DNA of 64,000 nt from an uncultured Methanosarcinaceae archaeon. Lineage in GTDB: Archaea > Halobacteriota > Methanosarcinia > Methanosarcinales > Methanosarcinaceae. A program made the translations under genes and the position numbers. Under the pieces are notes generated by a model. It saw nothing but the letters and a program-made list of their open reading frames with translations, did no database searches and was not told the DNA's origin. The stretch is from NCBI GenBank assembly GCA_963847185.1, contig CAWJYV010000008.1:544001-608000 (forward strand), read 5' to 3'. Positions 41,640-51,401 of the stretch are shown here, piece by piece (within the stretch, counting starts at the first letter, position 1; every line of letters starts with the position of its first letter).

Positions 41640-41971
41640 GTAATACCACCTCTTCTGAAGATTAGATTTCCCGCTAAAATTTCCTGCTAATATATACTCA
41701 GGTTTTCTTGAAAAGGAATTCGCTAAAAAGGTTCTCTGCGACTTCTTTCAAATGAAAATTTTTGTAAATTGGCTGAAAAGAGCTACTTTTAAATAGAGGT
41801 TACTATATTATTGGAATAATCTCTGAAGAATATTGCAGGAATACCAGAAGCATACCCACAGAAGAATTTCCTGTAAAAATTGAGTAACAGATTGAAACAG
41901 TAAAGTAATAGTGAGTTTAAACCGCATTTTCAAACAAGATTAAAATAGCAACTTTAAACAGGGAATCAAAA

Positions 41972-42667
41972 ATGAAAGCTATAACCCTTCTGAGCAGCGG
42001 GCTTGATTCGGTTGCAGCACTTGCAATTGCAGCCAAAGAGCTTGAGATTGAGATGGCAATCACCTTTGATTACGGACAGAGGGCCGTGAAGAGGGAAATA
42101 GAATATTCCCAAAAGGTGTGCGAATACTTCTGGATAGAACACAGGATCATTAAACTGGACTGGCTTTCGGAAATAACTTCCACCTCTCTGGTTAACAGGG
42201 ATGCCGATGTCCCTTCCCTCTCTTTTGAAGATATTGATGAAACAGCTCCTGCAGAAATTACAGCTGAATCGGCAAAGGCTGTCTGGGTCCCAAACAGAAA
42301 TGGAGTAATGCTCAATATCGCAGGAAGTTTTGCCGAAAGCAGAGAATGTGATTATCTCATAGTGGGTTTTAACGGAGAAGAAGCCGGAACTTTCCCTGAC
42401 AATTCCCTGGAATACGTGCAGGCAATGGACAGGGCCTTTTCCTACTCTACTCAGAACAAAGTCAAGGTACTGGCACCTCTGATCGAATTCGGAAAAACCG
42501 AAATCGTCAGAAAGGCCATGGAAGTAAAAGCTCCTCTGGAATACAGCTGGAGCTGTTACCATGGAGAAGAGATCCCTTGCGGGGAGTGTGAAAGCTGCAG
42601 ACGCAGAGCGCGTGCTTTCAAAAATGTAGGCGTAAAAGATCCTCTTCTGGAAAGGCTTGGAATTTGA
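41972..42667 (+). CDS. queC: 7-cyano-7-deazaguanine synthase
   Basis: SSGLDS, YGQR, VPNRN and SCY...CGECESC motifs. Confidence 0.95.
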   Translation: MKAITLLSSGLDSVAALAIAAKELEIEMAITFDYGQRAVKREIEYSQKVCEYFWIEHRIIKLDWLSEITSTSLVNRDADVPSLSFEDIDETAPAEITAESAKAVWVPNRNGVMLNIAGSFAESRECDYLIVGFNGEEAGTFPDNSLEYVQAMDRAFSYSTQNKVKVLAPLIEFGKTEIVRKAMEVKAPLEYSWSCYHGEEIPCGECESCRRRARAFKNVGVKDPLLERLGI

Positions 42668-42744
42668 GCTAAAAAATCTGAAAAAAATGAGAAATAAAAG
42701 CCGAACAGAATTCGAAAATGAAGGCTTTGAAAAAAGAGTTGTGG

Positions 42745-43314
42745 ATGGATTCCATGAAATGCATTATCCTACCTGACAAATTTGATTATGATGGCAGCCA
42801 GATTTCTTCTCTTTGGGCGTACAACAGCTTTGGAGTGCAGGAAGATTCCATAGTAGTTTTCAGAGGGGTCTGCGACGTAAAAATAGAGCATATGATAGAC
42901 CTTGAAGACCGACGAGCAAACGAGTCAATATGGTCCGAAGATATGGTAAGTTTCATCATTGAACATTTCGATTCTACCGACCTGAAACTAATCTATGCAC
43001 GACAGCGTCTTTTTACGGCAGTTGTAAGAGAGTATCTTGCAGGAATTGGGGTGCAGACTTTAAGGGAAGGAGATGACCTCTTCCTTAAAGGAAAAAAACT
43101 GACAGTATCGATTGCCAGCACCTCGGCAGTTTCTCAGAAGATTCACTTCGGAATTAATGTCTCTCATGATATATATGGGAATATGAAAGAGGCTGGCATA
43201 GGAGAAGACGAACAGGTTGCAGACTTCATGCAGGTGATAGGGGAAACTTACGTCCGCGAGTTCGAGGACATAGAAAAGGATTTGAGAAAATCCAGACCTT
43301 TAGGAGTGGTATAA
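42745..43314 (+). CDS. DUF366 family protein (ligase-like fold)
   Basis: YDGSQI, IDLED, FIIEHFD, REGDDL...KLTVSIA and HFGIN motifs. Start uncertain between 42718 and 42754. Confidence 0.8.
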   Translation: MDSMKCIILPDKFDYDGSQISSLWAYNSFGVQEDSIVVFRGVCDVKIEHMIDLEDRRANESIWSEDMVSFIIEHFDSTDLKLIYARQRLFTAVVREYLAGIGVQTLREGDDLFLKGKKLTVSIASTSAVSQKIHFGINVSHDIYGNMKEAGIGEDEQVADFMQVIGETYVREFEDIEKDLRKSRPLGVV

Positions 43315-44082
43315 ATGTCAGCTTCAAACCACACATTCGCTCCTATAAAAGAGATCTTCTGCTCGGTGCAGGGAGAGGGCCCTTATGTTGGTACAAGGCA
43401 GGCTTTTGTCCGTTTTTCAGGCTGCAATCTCAACTGCAACTACTGTGATACCAATTATGCAGATCCCGGAACCTGCGATTATGAAAAGATAGAAGGAAGC
43501 GGCATTTTCGAAAAGATTCCAAATCCTGTAAACGTCGAGAAGCTGGAAGAGATGCTACAACCCTTTAAAAAACTCCACTCAGTATCCCTGACAGGAGGAG
43601 AACCTCTCCTGCATGCAGAGTTTATCGAAAAGCTGAATTTGTCCTCTCAACTTTACCTGGAATCCAATATGACCCTGCCTGAACAGGCGAAAAAACTGAG
43701 TGGAAAACTCACTTATGTGTCCGGAGATTTCAAACTTCCAGAAGCTATGAGGAAGATCAGCCCTGATATGCAAGAGGTCCATGTGGAAAATACAATAGAG
43801 TGTTTCAGAATCTTGAGAAAAAACGATTCAAGAGATTGCTTTTGCAAAATAGTTGTAGGCAGGGATACAAAATTCGAAACCGTTATTCAGGCAGCAGAGA
43901 CTATAGTTCCTTACGTATCCTGTGTTATACTCCAGCCCGAAACACCAGTTGGCACTGTGATAAAAACTCCGAGATTTACGCAGGCATCCATACAGAAAAT
44001 CCTGAGACTGCAGAAAAGTCTGCTTGAATTGACAGACACAAGAATCATTCCCCAGACCCATAGAATGTGGGGATGTTTATAA
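43315..44082 (+). CDS. queE: 7-carboxy-7-deazaguanine synthase (radical SAM)
   Basis: EIFCSVQGEG, CNLNCNYCDT, LTGGEP and IPQTH motifs. Confidence 0.94.
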   Translation: MSASNHTFAPIKEIFCSVQGEGPYVGTRQAFVRFSGCNLNCNYCDTNYADPGTCDYEKIEGSGIFEKIPNPVNVEKLEEMLQPFKKLHSVSLTGGEPLLHAEFIEKLNLSSQLYLESNMTLPEQAKKLSGKLTYVSGDFKLPEAMRKISPDMQEVHVENTIECFRILRKNDSRDCFCKIVVGRDTKFETVIQAAETIVPYVSCVILQPETPVGTVIKTPRFTQASIQKILRLQKSLLELTDTRIIPQTHRMWGCL

Positions 44083-44176
44083 TCACGATTTATAATCACA
44101 ACAAAATACAGAGTGATGAAAAAAGGGATGAAGGTTTAAACGAAAAAAAGATTTTAACTGAAATGAGGTATGAAAA

Positions 44177-44527
44177 ATGGTAAAAATGAGACTTGGAGTT
44201 ATTGATCACATTGATAGTGCCCATTATCTTCCAGGGCACGGCAAATGTGGAAGAATGCACGGCCATACATATAAGATCGAGGTTGTAATAGAAGGGGAAG
44301 TACAGGAAAACGGGATGGTAATCGATTTTTACGATCTGAAAAAGGGAATTAAAAAAACCCTTCAGGAGTATGACCATACTTTATTGAACGAATTAATAGA
44401 GTTCCCCAGTTCCGAACACCTCTGCCAGCACATCCACTCAAAACTTCTGGAAATGTTTGGTTTTCCTCTAAAGGTAAGAGTCTGGGAAGGGGAAGGAAAA
44501 TGGTGCGAAATGGACAATTTCTCATAG
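44177..44527 (+). CDS. queD: 6-carboxy-5,6,7,8-tetrahydropterin synthase
   Basis: AH...CGRMHGHTY, DF, DHTLLN and WE motifs. Confidence 0.94.
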   Translation: MVKMRLGVIDHIDSAHYLPGHGKCGRMHGHTYKIEVVIEGEVQENGMVIDFYDLKKGIKKTLQEYDHTLLNELIEFPSSEHLCQHIHSKLLEMFGFPLKVRVWEGEGKWCEMDNFS

Positions 44528-44834
44528 TAAAAATTTAAAATCGTGGCTATTTATGATTTCCTGTGAGAAATATTACAGGAAAGAATATAAGAAAGAACAC
44601 ATGAAAGAATATGATGTATCGTGTTGAATATTATATAATTAGAGAAATTTTAATATCTGGTGTTTAAGACTTGAAATTCACAGGAATTCCAGTAAAAAAT
44701 CTTGATACATATTTGAGATACTGAAAGATTCCACAATCTATATCAGGGGCTACATCATAGGTTGCGATAGACATTCTAAAGCTCCTGTACTGAGGTCCTG
44801 CTGTATATTAAAACTCCGAACGGAGGAGAAAACT

Positions 44835-45806
44835 TTGCCAGAAGAAGACAATCCTATAAATGAGACCTATAACGGCCCTATGTTTGACGAAGAACTCCTG
44901 AGAAAGATTGCCGGGCATCCCTGTTATGATAAGAAAGCCCAGCATAAATACGGGAGAATTCATCTGGCCGTAGCTCCGAAATGCAATATCCAGTGCAACT
45001 TCTGCGTCCGGGAATTTGATTGCGTAAACGAGAGTCGTCCAGGGGTTACAAGTAAGGTTTTGAGTCCACAGGAAGCCCTTGAGAAGACAAGACAGATCGT
45101 GGCAGACTACCCGTTTATTAAGGTTGTTGGGATTGCAGGCCCCGGAGATCCTCTGGCTAATGATGCAACCTTTGAAACCTTTGAACTTATAAAAAAGGAA
45201 TTTCCGGACCTCACCCTTTGCATGAGTACAAACGGGCTCTTGCTCCCTGAAAAGCTGCAGGATCTCATCCGCGTGGGAGTTTCCACACTAACTGTGACAT
45301 TAAATGCAATAGACCCCGAGATTCAGGCAAAAATAGTGAACCATATAGTCTATCACGGGAAGGTCTACAGGGGAATCGAAGCTGCAGAAATTCAGATAAA
45401 AAACCAGCTTGATGGCATCAAAGCAGCTGTTGATGCGGGTATGGTTGTAAAGGTTAATACTGTGCTCATCCCGGGTATCAATGACAAGCACGTAGTTGAG
45501 ATTGCCAGAAAGATCAGCGAACTTGGCGTTTACATAATGAACGTAATGCCTCTGATCAACCAGGGAGTTTTTGCAAACATTGAACCTCCTACGGCAGAAG
45601 AAAGAAAAGCTATCCAGGAAGCTTGCGAACCTTATGTTATGCAAATGCGCCACTGCAGGCAGTGCAGGGCTGATGCTTATGGTCTCCTTTCCCAGGATAT
45701 GTCCCAGATGAGCGAAGAGAGAAGAAAGCTCATAAAAATTCAGTCAAGAGAAGATATGGAAAGAGCAAAAGAGATTCTTGGCAAGAACGGAAAAGGAAAA
45801 GCCTGA
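44835..45806 (+). CDS. nifB: Stand-alone radical SAM FeMo-cofactor biosynthesis protein NifB
   Basis: HPC, CNIQCNFC, ESRPG, AGPGDPL and CRQCRADA motifs; no fused NifX domain; TTG start after GGAGGA. Confidence 0.95.
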   Translation: MPEEDNPINETYNGPMFDEELLRKIAGHPCYDKKAQHKYGRIHLAVAPKCNIQCNFCVREFDCVNESRPGVTSKVLSPQEALEKTRQIVADYPFIKVVGIAGPGDPLANDATFETFELIKKEFPDLTLCMSTNGLLLPEKLQDLIRVGVSTLTVTLNAIDPEIQAKIVNHIVYHGKVYRGIEAAEIQIKNQLDGIKAAVDAGMVVKVNTVLIPGINDKHVVEIARKISELGVYIMNVMPLINQGVFANIEPPTAEERKAIQEACEPYVMQMRHCRQCRADAYGLLSQDMSQMSEERRKLIKIQSREDMERAKEILGKNGKGKA

Positions 45807-45865
45807 AAAGAATAATAGTTTCAGTGTAATAGAAAGGAAGAGCCGTGGGAATTGAAAAAAGCTCT

Positions 45866-45919
45866 AAAATCAGAGACCTGATAGGCGGAGTAAAGTACTC
45901 CGCTTCTCAGACTGATTTT
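45866..45919. terminator. Hairpin between convergent nifB and ferredoxin genes
   Basis: AAAATCAG...GCGGAGTA-AAG-TACTCCGC...CTGATTTT. Confidence 0.55.
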
Positions 45920-45926
45920 TAAGACT

Positions 45927-46103
45927 TTACTCGATGGTGATTGCCCCGTTAGGGCAGGCATCTTCACATGCACCGCAGTCAAGGCATTCATCTTCATCTA
46001 CAACTGCAATATCGTCATCGCTGAGGGAGATCGCAGCTGCAGGGCATTCGTCTACACAGCTTCCGCAGCCTGTGCAGGAGTCTGCATCTATTTTTGCTAC
46101 CAT
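45927..46103 (-). CDS. 2x[4Fe-4S] ferredoxin
   Basis: [12 protein letters not shown] and [12 protein letters not shown] motifs; AAGGAGTGA RBS before MVAKID. Confidence 0.95.
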   Translation of the reverse strand: MVAKIDADSCTGCGSCVDECPAAAISLSDDDIAVVDEDECLDCGACEDACPNGAITIE

Positions 46104-46139
46104 TTTTTTCACTCCTTATTTATCAGTAAGAGACTTTTA

Positions 46140-46226
46140 TCGATTTGAAAATCGTCTTTCGATTTGAAAATCGTCTTTCGATTTGAAAATCGTCTTTCGA
46201 TTTGAAAATCGTCTTTCGATTTGAAA
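46140..46226. repeat. Tandem repeat, 19-bp unit TCGATTTGAAAATCGTCTT x4.6
   Basis: Four perfect copies plus a partial copy. Confidence 0.95.
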
Positions 46227-46605
46227 TCATATTAAGTAGGCATATTAGGAGAGGATAATTTAATAAAAAGTTGTCGCTTCTTTTTCAAAGAATAAAGAAA
46301 AAAGGGATAAAGGGTAATCTGAACAGGTACTGATTAAAGTATCTAAGGATATTTATTGTAGATGATAAGAAGACACCTGAGGTTTAAAGATCAGGTTTAT
46401 AATTCTGGTGTTTATTATCATTAGCTCGTAAATGATCACTATTAATATGAATTTCTACTACTAATATGAAATTCGTATACAACCTTTCATGAGTTGTCAA
46501 TTCAGTAAGTTCGCTATAGTACTTGATCATGAATATCGCTGGATTGCTACTTGATAATGTAATTATATACTTTCATATCAATTAAAAACAATAGGAAGCC
46601 TGACA

Positions 46606-47586
46606 TTGAACCTTGAAGAGCTCGCAGAAGGGATAAAAAACTTTGAAGGGGTTACCCGAAAAAAACAGATTGAAGATATTGTTTCAATATTCGAAGCCGT
46701 CCGCCCTGAATATCAGAATGCAATTGTCGATTTTGGAGATGACGCAGCAGTTATCGATATAGGAGGAGATGACGTTATCCTCTTTGCAGCAGATGGAATG
46801 TGGGGCAGGTTGCTGGATGCCAGTCCATGGTGGGCAGGGTACGGAGCTGTAGTTGTTAATGTGAACGATATCGCAGCAATGGGTGGAAGACCCCTTGCTA
46901 TGGTAGATATAGCCTCCTCAAGTTCTCCAGAAGCATGCAGGGAAATGATGGAAGGGCTTGCTGAAGGAATCAGAAAATTTGGAGTCCCGGTTGTAGGCGG
47001 GCATGTCCATCCTGACACAGAGTATAATTCTCTCTCGGTTGCTATTATTGGGATTGTAAAAAGGGATTGTGTAATCCGAAGTGACACAGCAAATCCCGGA
47101 GATATGGTAATTGCAGCCTACGATATGGATGGAAAAATAGGGCCAAATTCTCCTTACAGCTGGGATACGACGTCCTTCAAAGAAGCCGCAAAAATCAGAG
47201 AAACCTACCTTGTAACCCAGGAAATAGCAAATAGAAAACTTGCAACTGCAGGCAAAGACATAAGCAATCCTGGACTAATAGGAACTCTTGGAATGCTATG
47301 TGAGACGAGCGGTGTTGGAGCGTCAGTAGATCTGGAAAAAGTCCCGAGACCTGAGAATGTGGACTTTGAACAGTGGCTGAAAATCCACCCAGGCACAGGT
47401 TATGTTTTTACTGCAGCTCCTGAAAAGGCGGAAGAATGTGTAAAAGTCTTCGAAGACTTCGGACTTACAGCCGCAGTTATAGGAACAGTAGAAGAAGGCT
47501 CGAAACTGGATATCTACGATAAACTACATAGAGTAACCGTTTTTGACTTTTCAAAAGAAAATATTACAGGCATTGATTCCAAATAA
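46606..47586 (+). CDS. Methanogenesis marker protein 2 (AIR synthase/SelD-like)
   Basis: GVTRKKQI, GDDAAV, VNVNDIAAMGG, GGHVHPD and KDISNPG motifs. Confidence 0.88.
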   Translation: MNLEELAEGIKNFEGVTRKKQIEDIVSIFEAVRPEYQNAIVDFGDDAAVIDIGGDDVILFAADGMWGRLLDASPWWAGYGAVVVNVNDIAAMGGRPLAMVDIASSSSPEACREMMEGLAEGIRKFGVPVVGGHVHPDTEYNSLSVAIIGIVKRDCVIRSDTANPGDMVIAAYDMDGKIGPNSPYSWDTTSFKEAAKIRETYLVTQEIANRKLATAGKDISNPGLIGTLGMLCETSGVGASVDLEKVPRPENVDFEQWLKIHPGTGYVFTAAPEKAEECVKVFEDFGLTAAVIGTVEEGSKLDIYDKLHRVTVFDFSKENITGIDSK

Positions 47587-47708
47587 TCGGAATCTTCCTG
47601 CTTGCTCTGTTGCGTGTGGGTGCTTTTGTTGAAAAATGATTATTGTGCCATAAAACAGTTATTTAAACCGATATTTCCGGGTTAGTCCTGATTCTCAAAT
47701 TAACATGA

Positions 47709-48017
47709 TTACTGGGTTTCAATCCAGGCCTTCATTTCCTCATAGAGAAATTGTTCAGCAGCCTGAACCTTTTCAAGAGGGCCACGCAGAGCAAGGAGTT
47801 CTCTTTCTTCACTGTTTGCAACACCTACAAACATCTTCCTGGTTACAGGTTCGAGACCAAATTCTTCCACGATATCGTAGATAATTGATACAACGGTGCC
47901 AGGGGGGATTATTAAATCGTACAGCTTCTCTGTTACCAGGGCTTCACCTGTCTCCATATTCTCTTTTTCAACCTGCTTTGCAGCAATTAATTCTTCCAGA
48001 TTCAGTATTTTGTGCAT
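47709..48017 (-). CDS. Hypothetical protein
   Basis: 102 aa with an AAGGTGA RBS; YDLIIPPG...LRGPLE. Confidence 0.75.
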   Translation of the reverse strand: MHKILNLEELIAAKQVEKENMETGEALVTEKLYDLIIPPGTVVSIIYDIVEEFGLEPVTRKMFVGVANSEERELLALRGPLEKVQAAEQFLYEEMKAWIETQ

Positions 48018-48425
48018 ATTAAGATCACCTTTCTTATTTTTTATATAGCAGCTTTCAAAACCTGTAAGACAAGAAAGCTATTTCAGATCAAATCAAGCGG
48101 ATAGGTTGAGATAAATATTTTATAGATATGTCAAAAATGTGCTCAGACATATCAAAGTAATTAGATAGATCAAGTAAAATAACCAGATATGATAAGTAGT
48201 TAATTACTTATTTTTTTTATATAAACTTATAAGCATGATTGTATTTATGACTGCTTCTATGACCACACTAAAATATAGAACAAAAGCATGATTATATACA
48301 TAATATAAACGTATAAACAAAAGATAATAAAAATAATAAAAGCAAAGATATAATCAATTTTGTTTCAATTTTTGTTTTTTTGAGTACCCGATTTAAAGAA
48401 CGTGTATTTATTGGGGGGAAGATGG

Positions 48426-48704
48426 ATGACAGTTAAAATTCAATGGGAAATCTACACAGCAGAAGCACGGAGCGACGGCACATGGAAGTCGAACAGCCCG
48501 ACCCTGGAGGAACTGCTCAATGCCATAGCGGGTCCGGAAAAGATCAAAGAGCCTACCAAGGACATTACGTATTCTATGGCTCGTCTGGCTATCAGAGGAC
48601 TGCCATACTTTAAAATAGCCGATATTAGCTCAGAACCGCAGGGGAAAAAAAATTCCCGAAATCAATATGTTAAAAACGCCAGTTGCAAAGCAAATCCAAT
48701 ATAA
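48426..48704 (+). CDS. Hypothetical protein
   Basis: ORF after a GGGGGAAG RBS with locally higher GC; no recognised motif. Confidence 0.55.
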   Translation: MTVKIQWEIYTAEARSDGTWKSNSPTLEELLNAIAGPEKIKEPTKDITYSMARLAIRGLPYFKIADISSEPQGKKNSRNQYVKNASCKANPI

Positions 48705-49007
48705 AAAAGAACATTGGATGCAGGGCTAGATAAGACTTTTAAAACCACATTGATTAGTCATTATAATCCAAGAAGTATTCACACTTATATTATTCCAATA
48801 TTACTTCAGATCCTCTAAACCTGGGGAATATAGAAGATCTGTACTCCGGTTTATAAATCAATTCTCTTGAGAGCAGGAAAACGCACTCGTATAATACAGG
48901 AACCAAATACCATTGGCAAATATTCCATATTAAGAAATAGTGTCATTTGCCTGATTTGCCTGTATAAAGATTATTTTGAGTGAGTTTAGTGCCGACTCTG
49001 CAAACTG

Positions 49008-49172
49008 GTCCTTCTGAGCGAAGTAAAAAAGGACATTACTCCAGATACGCAATTCGGAACGGAAAATCTACACCTTGATAATTTAACTCTCTTGGGGAAA
49101 GTATTACTCTAACTATAAGTTAATCTGCTTGAGCGAAGCGAAATGGACAGCAGGTTCCAGAAATGCAATTCT
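49008..49172 (-). repeat. Second pair of the dispersed repeat seen at 13965-14193
   Basis: GTCCTTCTGAGCGAAG...GGAC...CGCAATTCGG and ACTCTAA...CTTGAGCGAAGCGAAATGGAC...GCAATTC. Confidence 0.7.
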
Positions 49173-49238
49173 AGAAAGGACTTTATTGGTCACAAAAGCT
49201 TTTTTAAATAATCTTCCTATGATTAATAGGGGAACTGA

Positions 49239-49469
49239 ATGCCATATCGAAATAACTCCGAACTACCAGAAATGGTCATAAATAATCTTCCAGAGCACGG
49301 ACAGGATATTTACAGAAAAGCTTTTAATAATGCATGGGAGGAATACAAAGAACCCTCAGAAAGAAGGGGAGATGAATCAAGGGAAGAAGCTGCACATAAA
49401 GTTGCCTGGAGTGCAGTTAAAAAAGTTTATGAGAAGGATTCTAAAGGTAATTGGGTAAAAAAGAATTGA
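49239..49469 (+). CDS. chaB: ChaB family protein
   Basis: MPY...LP..V...LPEHGQDIYRKAFNNAW...AHKVAWSAVK. Confidence 0.9.
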   Translation: MPYRNNSELPEMVINNLPEHGQDIYRKAFNNAWEEYKEPSERRGDESREEAAHKVAWSAVKKVYEKDSKGNWVKKN

Positions 49470-49477
49470 GCACAAAT

Positions 49478-49612
49478 TCATTTGGATTCGGTTAAGGAAC
49501 AAAAAGGTCAAAAAATGCTATTTTTATGCAACATCTAAGAGAATTCTTTTGGAAAATCACTACATGTGGTATTCGAAGTTGTGCATAAAATTCGTTAACC
49601 GAATCCAAATGA
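49478..49612. mobile_element. 135-bp MITE with 18-bp terminal inverted repeats and an 8-bp target-site duplication
   Basis: TCATTTGGATTCGGTTAA ... TTAACCGAATCCAAATGA, flanked by GCACAAAT on both sides (49470-49477 and 49613-49620). Confidence 0.8.
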
Positions 49613-49911
49613 GCACAAATTTTATGTCCTCACAGGTTAATTTACTAATTTCTTATTTTTTATTTTTCTGTATTTTTCTGTATTTTTTCTGTATTTATCT
49701 GAACTTTTTATTTTGACTTCCTTTCAAAGATTTTTAGTTTAAACGTGTTCACATTAAAACGACATATTCCTTAAAAGATACTCAATGTTTTTAAAAACCA
49801 AATAGAAGCTTCAAGTGTTGAATGGGCAGATGTGGACAAAAAGTAAACTGTAACACAAAGTTTTATATGTTTAGGTCTTTTAGATTATATATTTAAGTGG
49901 GTGGTAAGAGT

Positions 49912-50052
49912 ATGAATCTTTTATCAATGTTAATAAGGGGCGGTTGCAAATATAAAACATCGTGCTCTCAGTTTCAGCAAAGAGGAAAGTATTGTGAGGG
50001 ACTAGATTATCCAAAGTGTGGATTATTTTTGAAAAAGAAAAGAAGACTATAA
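49912..50052 (+). CDS. 46-aa four-cysteine basic microprotein (below the ORF track cutoff)
   Basis: MNLLSMLIRGGCKYKTSCSQFQQRGKYCEGLDYPKCGLFLKKKRRL, with a GGGTGGT RBS and upstream TATA-like sequences. Confidence 0.6.
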   Translation: MNLLSMLIRGGCKYKTSCSQFQQRGKYCEGLDYPKCGLFLKKKRRL

Positions 50053-50158
50053 ATCTCTTTATATCATCTTAAATGTAAATAGGTCTGACTCAGTTATTGT
50101 CTAATGAACCCAAAATTATTAAACTTACAAAGTTTATTACCTTTAGTTTATACTATAT

Positions 50159-51034
50159 TTGGGAGCCGGCATCTTGATCCGGGTGAGATTTTTAAAACTG
50201 CTGATTCTATTTCTTTTTATATTAATTAGTACCGGATGCATAGATAGTGACATCAAGAAAAACGATTCTGTTTCAGATTCAAATCCTGAAGGGCTAGTTG
50301 TCAAGGATGTAAAGGAAGAGAGGAATAATCCTCTGCAAGACGAGACGGGATCAGGAGCAGAAAAGGAAGTGATGGGGAATGAGAGTCCTACAGATAATAC
50401 AAATTTTGTCTCTCCAGGTATACCTGATGTTCCGGCTTATCCCGAAGAAGAATCAAATATTGTTTATCAAAAGGAATACAGACTGTTATCTATTAATTTT
50501 CAGCGGGCAATAAAATCAGGAAATGAGGAGATTGCAGCCGAAGTTTTTAATATCACCGGAAAAACCTCAGGATACAATATAAAAGATGCATGTGATGTTT
50601 TTGATTTTGTAAACAGACGCTGGCAGTACCGCAATGAAAAAAATGCCGAGTTTTTCTTCGGAGCTTCCCAGACCATCAAAGAAGGGTATAATGGTGACTG
50701 TGACGACTACTCCATAGTTATATCCTCGCTTTTGAGAAGTATGGGATTCAATACGAGAATTGTTACTGGAAAAAGTGGGGATTACGGGCACGCATATCCC
50801 GAACTTTATATAGGAAGTGACCAGGAAACTGCATACGAGATTCTGAGCTATGTAAAGGAAAGATACTCGTATTCCGAAAATATCTGGTATTCAAATAAAA
50901 AACTCGAAGAAGGAGAAACTCAATACTGGCTGAATTTTGATTGGAGCGGATCAAATGGCTACAGACACCCTGGAGGAGAATATTTCGAAGCTGTTGAAGC
51001 TATATACTATCCAAATGGGTTGATTGAGTTCTGA
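50159..51034 (+). CDS. Transglutaminase-like lipoprotein
   Basis: ISTGC lipobox; GDCDDY, GHAY and WLNFD catalytic-triad motifs. Start uncertain. Confidence 0.82.
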   Translation: MGAGILIRVRFLKLLILFLFILISTGCIDSDIKKNDSVSDSNPEGLVVKDVKEERNNPLQDETGSGAEKEVMGNESPTDNTNFVSPGIPDVPAYPEEESNIVYQKEYRLLSINFQRAIKSGNEEIAAEVFNITGKTSGYNIKDACDVFDFVNRRWQYRNEKNAEFFFGASQTIKEGYNGDCDDYSIVISSLLRSMGFNTRIVTGKSGDYGHAYPELYIGSDQETAYEILSYVKERYSYSENIWYSNKKLEEGETQYWLNFDWSGSNGYRHPGGEYFEAVEAIYYPNGLIEF

Positions 51035-51401
51035 AGCAGATGAAACCGGAGTTTCCCAAATCATTTATTCCTGCATAAAAGGCAATACCTTCTTGCAATG
51101 ACTCAGAGAGTGAAAAAGAAGTAGATTTAGCCTACTGCAATTGCTAAGTTAATTTTTGAATGTTTTTTTTGAGTACAGGTACATGTGGATGTTAAGAGTT
51201 AACCTGTAGACCCGTGACTAAAAATTCGAGGAGTATATAAGAAGTTCACTTACTTTAATTCATATAAATCACCTTACAGAGACACATTTTTAACTAAATG
51301 ATTACGATTAACTTTATATTGTCATACCCCTACCCTCTTTAACAGGCAATCTTGTAAGAAAAACCTGACAATTTTTTACAAGAAGGGGGAATTTTATATT
51401 G

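Noticed and set aside
44525-44530. Pyrrolysine read-through of the queD TAG
   Set aside because: The TAG is immediately followed by TAA and QueD is already complete.
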